From: Albugo candida
Lineage: Eukaryota
Direction: 5' to 3'
Length of the DNA: 20,000 bases
NCBI GenBank assembly: GCA_040437565.1
Contig: JBDOQK010000032.1
Location: 368,522-388,521 of the forward strand
Shown: piece by piece, positions 11,004-20,000 of the stretch
Numbering within the stretch: position 1 is the first letter of the stretch
Layout of the letters: the number at the start of each line of letters is the position of its first letter
Program-made: the position numbers and the translations under genes
The notes under the pieces: generated by a model
The model's input: only the letters and a program-made list of their open reading frames with translations
Database searches by the model: none
What the model was told of the DNA's origin: nothing

Positions 11004-11092
11004 GGCCGTGTTGGGAAGTGTATGGCTTTGACAACTGTGGTTGTAATAATGATGAAGCATTGATCTGACACAAATAGCGTGTCAGTTGATCG

Positions 11093-11192
11093 NNNNNNNN
11101 NNNNNNNNNNNNNNNNNNNNNNNNNNNNNNNNNNNNNNNNNNNNNNNNNNNNNNNNNNNNNNNNNNNNNNNNNNNNNNNNNNNNNNNNNNNN
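11093..11192. other. Assembly gap (100 N)
   Basis: Run of exactly 100 N with TGATCG immediately on both sides. Confidence 0.98.
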
Positions 11193-11242
11193 TGATCGTA
11201 CACAGAATGGTGTACACACTAATCCTAAGTAATGTTTGTTTA

Positions 11243-11258
11243 CGTCATTTTTTTATTA
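11243..11258 (+). promoter_or_regulatory. Candidate oomycete INR/FPR core promoter of the COPI-associated gene
   Basis: CGTCATTTTTTTATTA resembles the oomycete consensus GCTCATTYBNNNWWTY and lies about 50 nt upstream of ATG 11299. Confidence 0.4.
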
Positions 11259-11298
11259 CGTTCGGACAGTGCGGTAGAAGTGCAAATTGACACGAAAC

Positions 11299-12486
11299 AT
11301 GATGTCGAGGGAACCGGAGTGTTACTCTCATCCATTTGAATCAGTAGAAAATGAGTTAATGGAGCCACTGAATCCGAAAACTAGTGACCAACTGTCTGAT
11401 AATGGAGATCGTGCATCAAAGTCACATGGAGACAAATCGTTTCAGACCCGTCCGCCTCCTTTACCGCTGCCAAATGTTGCTATATTGTCATCGATTATGG
11501 ACTTGTCTTGGTTAGAAAGGTAAAATCTTTGAATGTGAATCATGTAATCACCTGCGATTAATGACTTCTTCATAGAATGAAGAATATAAGTGTGATGGAG
11601 CTCGTGCGCTTTTCCCGCTATATCAACGTGGTGCTCTCATCTTTCCAGGCACTAGCGGGATTTTTGGGCTTGTTTGATCTTGCCAAACTAGATATTACCA
11701 GCTTTCTCGTCAGTATTTACACCATGTACGTATCCCTTCCCGGTATTGTTCATGTTGTTAGAAGGAGTGACGCGTGTCCCCAAGCATTCTTGCCATGTTA
11801 TTACTAGCTTTTGAATGCCGTTTCAGCTCAATGGATCCTTGGATCCGGTCACATTTCGGCTTTCTTTTCTCCTATCGTGGACGAACCGCTTTTCTTTTTT
11901 TGTAAGTCGCTCCAGTTGCAGAAATTCGCACAATGTGAACCACATCCTTGCGATAGCGTGGGATTCATGACATTTGGAATTGACAGCCCGTTTGCGTTCT
12001 TCATTGCAATCCTCATGACTATGCATGCCGCTTTGAATGCGATAATGATATTTAGTCACCCTGAGTTCCGACGAGGTTCATTGACTCCGAATATGGATCC
12101 GAGTCGAAGCTACACGCAAATGTCAGATTTAGCCAGCGAAACATTGGCACGTAATCCAGAATTGGTCAAGAAAGCCGGAACTGCATTGTTTCAGCACGCG
12201 AAAGAAAATCCCGAGGTCGCGGTCAAAGTAAGTCATACTAGCTAGCTATATTCGTATGAAGCTAAGCCACAANNNNNNNNNNNNNNNNNNNNNNNNNNNN
12301 NNNNNNNNNNNNNNNNNNNNNNNNNNNNNNNNNNNNNNNNNNNNNNNNNNNNNNNNNNNNNNNNNNNNNNNNCTAGCTAGCTATATTCGTATGAAGCTAA
12401 GCCACAATGTAACATAGATTGGACAACACTACGTAGCCAACGCCGGAAAATACGTCCCTCCCAGTACGACTGTGGCCAATCAGTAG
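11299..12486 (+). CDS. COPI-associated domain (TVP15-like) multi-pass Golgi membrane protein; exons 11299-11519, 11576-11725, 11785-11901, 11957-12227, 12418-12486, 275 aa
   Basis: Four GT-AG introns (56, 59, 55 and 55 nt after gap collapse) give one continuous frame: ...RYINVVLSSFQALAGFLGL...FLVSIYTIILAMLLLAFECRF...HFGFLFSYRGRTAFLFFVGFMTFG...HAALNAIMIFSHPEF. The FGFLxxYxGRxxF motif and the hydrophobic helices match the COPI_assoc family. Confidence 0.85.
12273..12372. other. Assembly gap (100 N) with 35-nt duplicated flanks, inside intron 4
   Basis: 12238-12272 is identical to 12373-12407 (CTAGCTAGCTATATTCGTATGAAGCTAAGCCACAA). Confidence 0.97.
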
Positions 12487-12942
12487 TTTAAGGCATGAGC
12501 TCCATGTTTCCCACAATATGTTTAATAGACGGTACAAATGAAATGCTATTCAGACAAACCGCACGTCATTTTCGGCTGAATCTGATATATCCGCGAGACC
12601 TATCGGTACTACGCGTCTATATCGAATACAGCTAGAAATGCGGATTCAAACAGCAGCTGATATCGACTATGCAATACTTTTGAAGACTACGGCGTCGATC
12701 TGAGTGGCATCAATTGGATGTACTCGCGTTTCACCACGATCACGTCGAACGTAAAGTGTAGACAGAGATAAATCCATAGAGAAGAAACTGTCAGTCTTTT
12801 TTATGGCTGCTTGTTTCCGCATAATCAGTCCAGGCCCATATCAACGAGTATAAGCTGTGCACTCTTATACTAAAATGACTAGTAGCGTAAAAACTCCGCC
12901 AATTCCGCCAGTATCAGGACGAGGTCATCCTTGATTCATCAA

Positions 12943-12958
12943 GCTCATTCGAGCTTTG
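12943..12958 (+). promoter_or_regulatory. Candidate oomycete INR/FPR core promoter of START-FYVE paralog 2
   Basis: GCTCATTCGAGCTTTG matches GCTCATTYBNNNWWTY at 15 of 16 positions, about 50 nt upstream of ATG 12995. A CCAAT lies at 12899-12903. Confidence 0.6.
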
Positions 12959-12994
12959 GATTGCTGAACTTCCTTCTACTATTACTACAACTCT

Positions 12995-15900
12995 ATGTCG
13001 GAGGGAAATCCATTGCATTACGCATCAAATGTCGTTCGTGAAAATGCAAATAAAAAAAATCCCCATCTACCTCTTCCAGACAATTATTTTCAGCCACCCG
13101 CTCTTAGTCAGGAAGAAAAAAAATATCTCATTACTTTAGCCAAACGCGCATGTAAAGAGGTTGTTTGTTACTCGCGTCCGTGTCAAGGGCCCGTCCAGTG
13201 GATTCATTTGTGCACAGAAGAGGGAGGAGTGGAGGTGTATCAAGGTGTGGATCAAACCTCAAAGCTTTCCGTACACTCTGGATCCATCAAATCTCGCAAT
13301 TTAACATATTTGCGCGGAGTTGCCAAAGTATATGCAACCATCGATGAGATTGCTGAGTTTTTTAAACTGGATACACCTGAGAAAATCAGGAGTTACCAGC
13401 AAACGATCACAAGTGACACATTGGACAACCAAACGTTATATCATCTCGCCCTTCCTACACCCCGTAATCCTCATCACTACGTTGGTGTCAAATGGTCGGC
13501 AATCGAATCACCGTCTAAATTAGCTCGAAATCGGGATTTCTCGTATATCGAGGTACGTGCTAATTTGTCGTTTTTCAAAGGGTGCAATAATCAATAAGGG
13601 AATGAATAGTGTCATGATGAATTCATGGATACAACCGGGAATCGGCGTGGATGGGTCCGCAGCTTGCATTCGATACGTTTGCCATGCTGTCCGAGTTTGG
13701 AGAAATCCCACGGACTCGTACGTGGCTCTATGTACCGTTCTGGCTACATCTTTTTGGAACTTCAAGGAAAGCCTGATGTTGTAGAAGTGATTCATACACT
13801 TCACTTAGATCTCAAGGGGAACGCTCCATCTTGGCTTCAGGTCCAAGCGATGCGTCGGCGTATTCGTGACATTGCTGCAATAAATCAGTATTTTCAACTT
13901 CAGCGTGTCTTACAAGGTCATCTTATTGGNNNNNNNNNNNNNNNNNNNNNNNNNNNNNNNNNNNNNNNNNNNNNNNNNNNNNNNNNNNNNNNNNNNNNNN
14001 NNNNNNNNNNNNNNNNNNNNNNNNNNNNNTCATGATGAATTCATGGATACAACCGGGAATCGGCGTGGATGGGTCCGCAGCTTGCATTCGATACGTTTGC
14101 CATGCTGTCCGAGTTTGGAGAAATCCCACGGACTCGTACGTGGCTCTATGTACCGTTCTGGCTACATCTTTTTGGAACTTCAAGGAAAGCCTGATGTTGT
14201 AGAAGTGATTCATACACTTCACTTAGATCTCAAGGGGAACGCTCCATCTTGGCTTCAGGTCCAAGCGATGCGTCGGCGTATTCGTGACATTGCTGCAATA
14301 AATCAGTATTTTCAACTTCAGCGTGTCTTACAAGGTCATCTTATTGGCGACTTGGAATTGCCATTAAAAAAAGATGTCGTACAATGTCAATTGTGCGCCT
14401 TGAATTTTGGAATGTTTCATCGTCGATGGCAATGTCGAAAATGTGGTCTCAAGATTTGCACGAATTGTAGCGAGCATTTCCAAGTCAATTATGCTGGTAC
14501 TGGCGCCAAAAAAGTTCGAATATGCAGTCAGTGCGTTGATACAGGCAAACGATCACGACGGCTATTTCCCGTCGGATTCTCGAAGAGAAAGTATCTCACA
14601 GAAGATTTTGTGCTTCAGATGTGCCGAGAGAAAGACTACACTCAGTCAGCAAGATCTCTCCGGCTTGCTCGCGTCAATTCTAGCCCAGCTATTCCTACAC
14701 GACGCATGATGTCGTCTCGATATTCTCATGGTATATATCATCACGACCAGAAAAATGGAAATGATACACAGTATTTTCCTGGAAACACAACCACGGCAAC
14801 AGCAAATGCAGGCTCTGGTATTGCACATTCATTCTATCGATCCGATGAGCATCTACAACAGCACGAAATCAACGAGATATTGGAGTCCAAACGACTCCAA
14901 AATGATTTTGAGATGAAACAGCGCGACAGAAATGCGAAAATGAAGCTATTTGAAAATAGACAACCGGCATCGCTCTATCGTAATGCAGGTCGCCAGAATA
15001 AAAATGTATCGTTTCTTTCCTCGGAATTCACTACATCAGCCCCATCGAATGTGTTAATCGGTTCCGAAAGCACACCGCTCGCGAAAAGTACGACATCACC
15101 TTGTACTTCTCGAGAAAGAGCTGATTCTACTGGGGTGGCTTCTTTTCAAAATATTGGAAAAAAGAGTTTCTTTTCGCGATATGATTTCCAAGATGAGCAT
15201 TTCCGTGACGTGGAAGATGGTGAAGATGTATTTGCGTCGATGCAAAGTATCAAGACGGACAAATTGCGAGGAGATGGGGAAATTGGCGAGATGTTATCTG
15301 GATCCAAAGGCTTTGATGTCACATCGTCACCATCAATGATGCCGTTTTTGGGTACAAATTGTCTCGATGAAGATCACCGCGGTGCTTTGCAAGAAACTAA
15401 AGCGCGAAATCGGTTCAGTCAATCATCTGGTGTCGCTTCTTTTACACCTTCTTCGTTGGACACAGACGATCATAACGTTCACTCAGGGAGGAACATAATC
15501 GATTCACTTTACGAATCAAATCGGACAATTCCGAGTCAGAAATTAGCTTATAAAAAACGATCTTGTGATGAAGACACCGCAAATGACGCAGCTCGTGTTG
15601 CTGCTCAAGCATTTGCTTTGAAAGAAATAGAAGACGCCGCAATCGGAATGGCTTTCGCTGCGATGAAACTCTTTGAAAAGGAGAACCATGGAGAATTACA
15701 AGTTTCAGCTGGCACTCGTCAAGTGGCGTTGTGTAAAATGACGGACATGTACCGAGATAAACTTCAGCGAGAAGTTTCCAGCAGTCAATCCAAAGCTTCG
15801 AGTCGTCCATCTCAGTTCTCTTGTGATACGACGCAAGAATCGAAAAATGATTCTGACCACTCGTGGTCGGAAGCTCAAGAACGACTAGACCTTAGTCAGC

Positions 15901-16475
15901 TCGATAGTCGAACAACGCCTGTTCATCAGCATTCCCGTATGAGGAGTCATACGAGACCAATGCGAAGGGGATCCAACAATTTTGGGATTCAGTGGCACGA
16001 CGCGTCATCGTCCAGAAAATGCATTTCTGACGTGGAATCAAATGGGAGCCACATGACAGCATTCGAGGTTAAGGAATGGGTACCAACAACTTTGTCGACA
16101 GCTACGAAATCGGATTACGAAATGCAAGCAGATTACGAGCTATACACTTCCCACGATGACTCATTGATCGACCTGCAGGACAGCAATGAAAATAGTTGTA
16201 TTTCCGATCGCAAATGTGTGAATGAAAAGCGACCATTAGATATGTCTAGTGACACAGAACAAAAGATAACCTTCTCATTGGCGAATGAACAAAGGATACG
16301 ACGAAAAACACATCAACCACGTTTTTCAGCCACTTTTATTGCATCATCAAATGCCTTGAAAGAAAAAAAAACGTTTTCTCATTCTAGAATTCCTGGCGAA
16401 TCGATCTCTCAGGAGGAACTGGACAAACTACGCGAGTCATTGCTGCAATTGATGTCGGAATGTATGAGCGAATAA
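12995..16475 (+). CDS. START-like + FYVE-type zinc finger protein, paralog 2; exons 12995-13552 and 13610-16475 (exclude 13930-14347, gap plus duplicate), about 1001 aa
   Basis: GAG|gtacgt...gaatag|TGT gives RNRDFSYIE|CHDEFMDTTGNRRGWVRSLHS. Joining 13929 to 14348 keeps the frame (GHLIGDLELP). An 8-Cys finger lies at 14385-14534, followed by a long low-complexity tail. Confidence 0.9.
13553..13609 (+). other. Spliceosomal intron, 57 nt, phase 0
   Basis: GTACGT donor and AATAG acceptor, at the same codon position as the intron in paralog 1. Confidence 0.9.
13612..14347 (+). repeat. 318-nt exact direct duplication (13612-13929 = 14030-14347) around a 100-N gap (13930-14029); unmerged contig overlap
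   Basis: Both copies appear identical by eye and abut the N run exactly. Confidence 0.95.
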
Positions 16476-16538
16476 AATAGAACATTCATGTCATTTATGT
16501 AAATATGAAAGGCTGTACCGGTATCGCTGAATCTATTG

Positions 16539-19500
16539 ATGGAAGGCGACCAACTCCCTATCAAAGCTCATTCTTCTGTTGCTTCCTTCTGCAGTTTGAC
16601 AACATCAATAAAGCAATGTAATGGTATAGAAACGTCAGTATTGGATGATCGTCAGTATAAACTACTTGTCTTATCAAATGATCTTCACGTCTTGTTGATC
16701 TCCGATCCCAAAACGGAAAAAGCAAGTGCGGCGATGGATGTCCATGTTGGTCATCAAAGTGATCCTGAAGACATTCCTGGACTTGCACATTTCTGCGAGC
16801 ATATGCTGTTTCTTGGAACTACAAAGTATCCCGACGAAAACAGCTATAAAGAATTTTTGAGCGCTCATAATGGTCGCAGCAATGCGTCTACATCGCAAAC
16901 GCATACCAATTTCTACTTTGACGTTGCCAGTGATTTTTTCTATCAAGCATTGGATCGGTTTGCGTCATTTTTTATGTCTCCACTCTTCACCGCATCAGCC
17001 GTCATGAGAGAAATGAAAGCGGTTCATTCAGAGCATTGTAAGAATTTACAAAATGATCATCGAAGATTGTATCAGTTACAGAAACATCTAGCGCATCCTC
17101 AGCACGCGTTCCATAAATTTGGGTCAGGCAACCTTCAAACTTTATTGGATAATCCCAAACGGAAGTATGGATCTGAATTTGATATACGCGAACCTCTAAT
17201 TGACTTTTATCGCAAGTATTATTCTGCCTCGATGATGAAATTGGTGCTTTACAGCCATCACAATTTATCACAATTACAAACATGGGCTGAGATGTTTTCT
17301 GGAATTACAAATACAGGGCAAAAACCCTCTATGTCATTTAACTTGGCGAGTAATGGCTCTGAAAACTCCGATGTAGTCCCTTTTGATCCTACCCGATATC
17401 CTAGAGAAATCATAGTGGAACCAGTCCGAGAAATACGCGTTTTGGATATTTCGTGGCCATTGCCCTCATTGTATCATGAGATTCGAACAAGACCGAGTAG
17501 TATTCTCTCCCATTTGCTTGGACATGAAGGCCTCGATTCTGTATTGAGCCTTTTGAAAGCAAAGCAGTGGGCAAACGGACTGAGTGCTGGTCTAAGCCGT
17601 GACGAAGAAGATTGGGCACTTTTCACAGTGAAAGTTGATGCGACTGAACTCGGGTTGCAATTTTATGGACAGATTGTCTCACTAATTTACGAATATCTTG
17701 CGATAGTCCGAGCGAATGCACCACTACCACAATGGATTTTCCAAGAAGCACAAGATCTTGCTGTCCAGCACTTTAGATTTAAGCCAAAAGAGAGTCCAAT
17801 TTCGTACACGGGCTTTCTTAGCAACACGATGCAACGTTTTCCAAAAAAATTGATTGTCTCCGGCTGCTATTTTGCGCAAGAATTTGATAAAAAGCAAGAA
17901 GAAGAGATACTGGCTCAACTCACTCCTAGAAGAATGCGACTGACCATAGTCAGTAAAGAATTCTTTGCAAAGCGTGCAAGGAATGAGAAAATTGAACAGG
18001 AGCCATGGTATCAGACGTCGTACATTGAACGCTGGCCAGACAGTGAGCAACTTGCCGAGTGGGATCGAATTTACTGGAAGAATGTACCTTTCCATGAAAC
18101 CCTTCAAGCAGGCGTACGGCTGAGTTTACCTCGTCAAAATGTATTCATCTGCTCCGAATTTGATGTCAAAATACCTTCAGTCGCACCTGAACACGCCTTC
18201 AGCATGTCACCAACACTACTCTGCCACAGCGAAGCATATCGGCTTTGGTATAAACCTGATCAAGTTTTTCAAAAGCCGAACGTGCAGCTTTTCTTTCAAT
18301 TATATCTTCCTACTATGAGCCTGACGCCCCGTCACGCGGCATTATCAAATTTATTAACTCGATATGTCAAGGAGTCGCTCAATGAGTACGCTTATGATGC
18401 TGAATTAGCGGGTATGCATTACTCTATTTCATCATCGAGCCAAGCGATCGAAGTACACGTTACTGGATTTTCACAAAAAGCGAATCTGTTACTTGAGAAG
18501 ATAATGGGTCAACTTGCTGCTATGGCACAACCAGCTTCTATTTTAGCGTATGACATTGCTGTGTTCGATCGGGTCAAAGATTGCTGTTCGCGATCCTTTC
18601 GCAATTTCTGGTTAGAAGAACCGTATCAACATGCGGTATATGCAGCTCACCTTCTAACGGAACCGACAAGATGGAGTCTTGAAACAAAACTAGATGCACT
18701 TCAGAATATTACGATGAACGATCTTGGCGAACATGCAAGATCATTGTTGTACCAAGCACCCATTTTTGTGGAAGGTTATGTGTTTGGAAATATCAAACCA
18801 GCCGAAGCGCTTGACCTTCTACATAATCTGGTAATCGGGAAGCTTAAAGTAGGAAATGATGTAAAATCAAGACTTTTGCCGTATCCGAAAGCTTCTCGAC
18901 CTCGGATGTCAGCACCACCAGTCATTCACTTCCGACCAAAAGATGAATTTGTATGGCAACAAAAAGACTGGAATGCTGAGAACATCAATTCCGCGCTTTG
19001 CAATTTGTATCAATTCCCAGTGATACACGACATCAAACTCGCATTATGGCAATCCGCGAAAATTCAAGTCTTGGCTCATCTCCTTCACGAGCCCTGTTTC
19101 AATCAATTACGAACTCGAGAACAACTTGGATACCTTGTTTTTTCGGGCCGAATGCGTAATGAAAATGTCGAGTATCTCCGTGTGCTGATTCAATCGGATA
19201 AAGCATCACCCGACTATTTAGATCAGCGGTGCGATATTTTTCTGCTCCAATTTCGAGAAACCGTCTTAGAACAACAACTTACGCAACCCGAAGTGTGGGA
19301 AAAGCATATCGCCGCGGTAATTCACTCATTACTGGAACTGCCCAAACAAGAAAAAGAGCAAGCCGAACGTGATTGGCGAGAGATCTCAGCACAATTTTAT
19401 ACGTTTGATCGTCGTCAGCAACTTGCACAAATCGTTCAAATTTTGCATCGTCAAGATTTAGTGAACTTCTTCGACAAGTATATCAATCCAAGTGGCCCTG

Positions 19501-19754
19501 AACGGCAGAAATTGAGTGTGAGGATTTATGGGAAGACCCATACCCTGACAGAATGGAGTAACAACTTGCAATCAACGATTCGTGGGACGCAAGTTAGTGC
19601 GGCTACAGCAATCTGTAATGCATTCTGCCCGAGAAACATCAACAATGTGCAACGTATCGATGATTACATAAAATTTAGAGAAACAATGCCGCTTAGTAGT
19701 GAAGGTTCGCGAATTGATATCATTCAGCTTCATACACAGGTAACTACAATGTGA
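16539..19754 (+). CDS. Insulin-degrading enzyme/insulysin-like zinc metallopeptidase (M16A), single exon, 1071 aa
   Basis: Inverted zinc motif GLAHFCEHMLFLGT (HxxEH at 16788-16802) and downstream REMKAVHSEH. Other family motifs: KFGSGNLQTL, LLGHEG, LNEYAYDAELAG and FNQLRTREQLGYLV. The first ATG is 16539. Confidence 0.96.
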   Translation: MEGDQLPIKAHSSVASFCSLTTSIKQCNGIETSVLDDRQYKLLVLSNDLHVLLISDPKTEKASAAMDVHVGHQSDPEDIPGLAHFCEHMLFLGTTKYPDENSYKEFLSAHNGRSNASTSQTHTNFYFDVASDFFYQALDRFASFFMSPLFTASAVMREMKAVHSEHCKNLQNDHRRLYQLQKHLAHPQHAFHKFGSGNLQTLLDNPKRKYGSEFDIREPLIDFYRKYYSASMMKLVLYSHHNLSQLQTWAEMFSGITNTGQKPSMSFNLASNGSENSDVVPFDPTRYPREIIVEPVREIRVLDISWPLPSLYHEIRTRPSSILSHLLGHEGLDSVLSLLKAKQWANGLSAGLSRDEEDWALFTVKVDATELGLQFYGQIVSLIYEYLAIVRANAPLPQWIFQEAQDLAVQHFRFKPKESPISYTGFLSNTMQRFPKKLIVSGCYFAQEFDKKQEEEILAQLTPRRMRLTIVSKEFFAKRARNEKIEQEPWYQTSYIERWPDSEQLAEWDRIYWKNVPFHETLQAGVRLSLPRQNVFICSEFDVKIPSVAPEHAFSMSPTLLCHSEAYRLWYKPDQVFQKPNVQLFFQLYLPTMSLTPRHAALSNLLTRYVKESLNEYAYDAELAGMHYSISSSSQAIEVHVTGFSQKANLLLEKIMGQLAAMAQPASILAYDIAVFDRVKDCCSRSFRNFWLEEPYQHAVYAAHLLTEPTRWSLETKLDALQNITMNDLGEHARSLLYQAPIFVEGYVFGNIKPAEALDLLHNLVIGKLKVGNDVKSRLLPYPKASRPRMSAPPVIHFRPKDEFVWQQKDWNAENINSALCNLYQFPVIHDIKLALWQSAKIQVLAHLLHEPCFNQLRTREQLGYLVFSGRMRNENVEYLRVLIQSDKASPDYLDQRCDIFLLQFRETVLEQQLTQPEVWEKHIAAVIHSLLELPKQEKEQAERDWREISAQFYTFDRRQQLAQIVQILHRQDLVNFFDKYINPSGPERQKLSVRIYGKTHTLTEWSNNLQSTIRGTQVSAATAICNAFCPRNINNVQRIDDYIKFRETMPLSSEGSRIDIIQLHTQVTTM

Positions 19755-19934
19755 GGAAGAAAGAGACGTTAGAATACGACAGCAGATTTGACGAAGTCGT
19801 CATATTGTTATAAAAATCTCAATTCAGTTTTTGTCTATGAGTGGCATTTGTAGTAAGGACAGCAAGTACGATATCCTGAGTAATTATTCCAAGCGGTTGA
19901 AGATTTGACTCACAACAATAATTTCATAAGAACT

Positions 19935-20000
19935 TGCCCCCAGGCAGGATTGAACTACCGACCTTCCGCTTACTAAGCGGGCGCTCTACCACTGAGCTAT
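19935..20000 (-). tRNA. tRNA-Thr (anticodon AGT); about 6 nt of the 5' end lie outside the window
   Basis: The reverse complement reads A TA GCTC AGTGGTA GAGC G CCCGC TT-AGT-AA GCGGA AGGTC GGTAG TTCAATC CTGCC TGGGGGC A. This gives a D arm, anticodon arm, T arm and acceptor 3' strand, with no intron. The anticodon is at 19972-19974. Confidence 0.95.

Noticed and set aside
11049..11068. ATGATGA...CTGA resembling snoRNA C/D boxes
   Set aside because: The boxes are only about 10 nt apart, far too close for a snoRNA.
13612..14347. Apparent tandem exon duplication or mutually exclusive exons
   Set aside because: The copies are identical and bounded exactly by a 100-N gap, which indicates an assembly overlap.
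560..18107. Many 60-130 aa ORFs overlapping the five main genes
   Set aside because: They are alternative-frame or antisense shadows of well-supported CDSs.

Overview
Eukaryotic, most likely oomycete (Albugo-like) genomic DNA. The taxon is inferred from the compact gene spacing, 55-62 nt GT-AG introns, oomycete-type INR/FPR promoter motifs and a START-like+FYVE gene family. Five + strand protein genes are supported: an intronless ankyrin-repeat/class II histone deacetylase fusion (323-2896), a two-exon START-like+FYVE gene (8404-11003), a five-exon COPI-associated/TVP15-like membrane protein gene (11299-12486), a second paralogous START-like+FYVE gene with the same intron position (12995-16475), and an intronless insulin-degrading-enzyme-like M16A peptidase (16539-19754). 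A minus-strand tRNA-Thr(AGT) is cut by the window end. There are three 100-N scaffold gaps. Two have exact duplicated flanks (35 and 318 nt) and collapse cleanly, so they are assembly artefacts. The 5.5 kb at about 2900-8400 has no long ORF but shows signs of a decayed, intron-rich minus-strand gene. I cannot support a new multi-gene system from the sequence alone. The best leads are the paired degenerate-FYVE START proteins, the ankyrin-HDAC architecture and the possible pseudogene.
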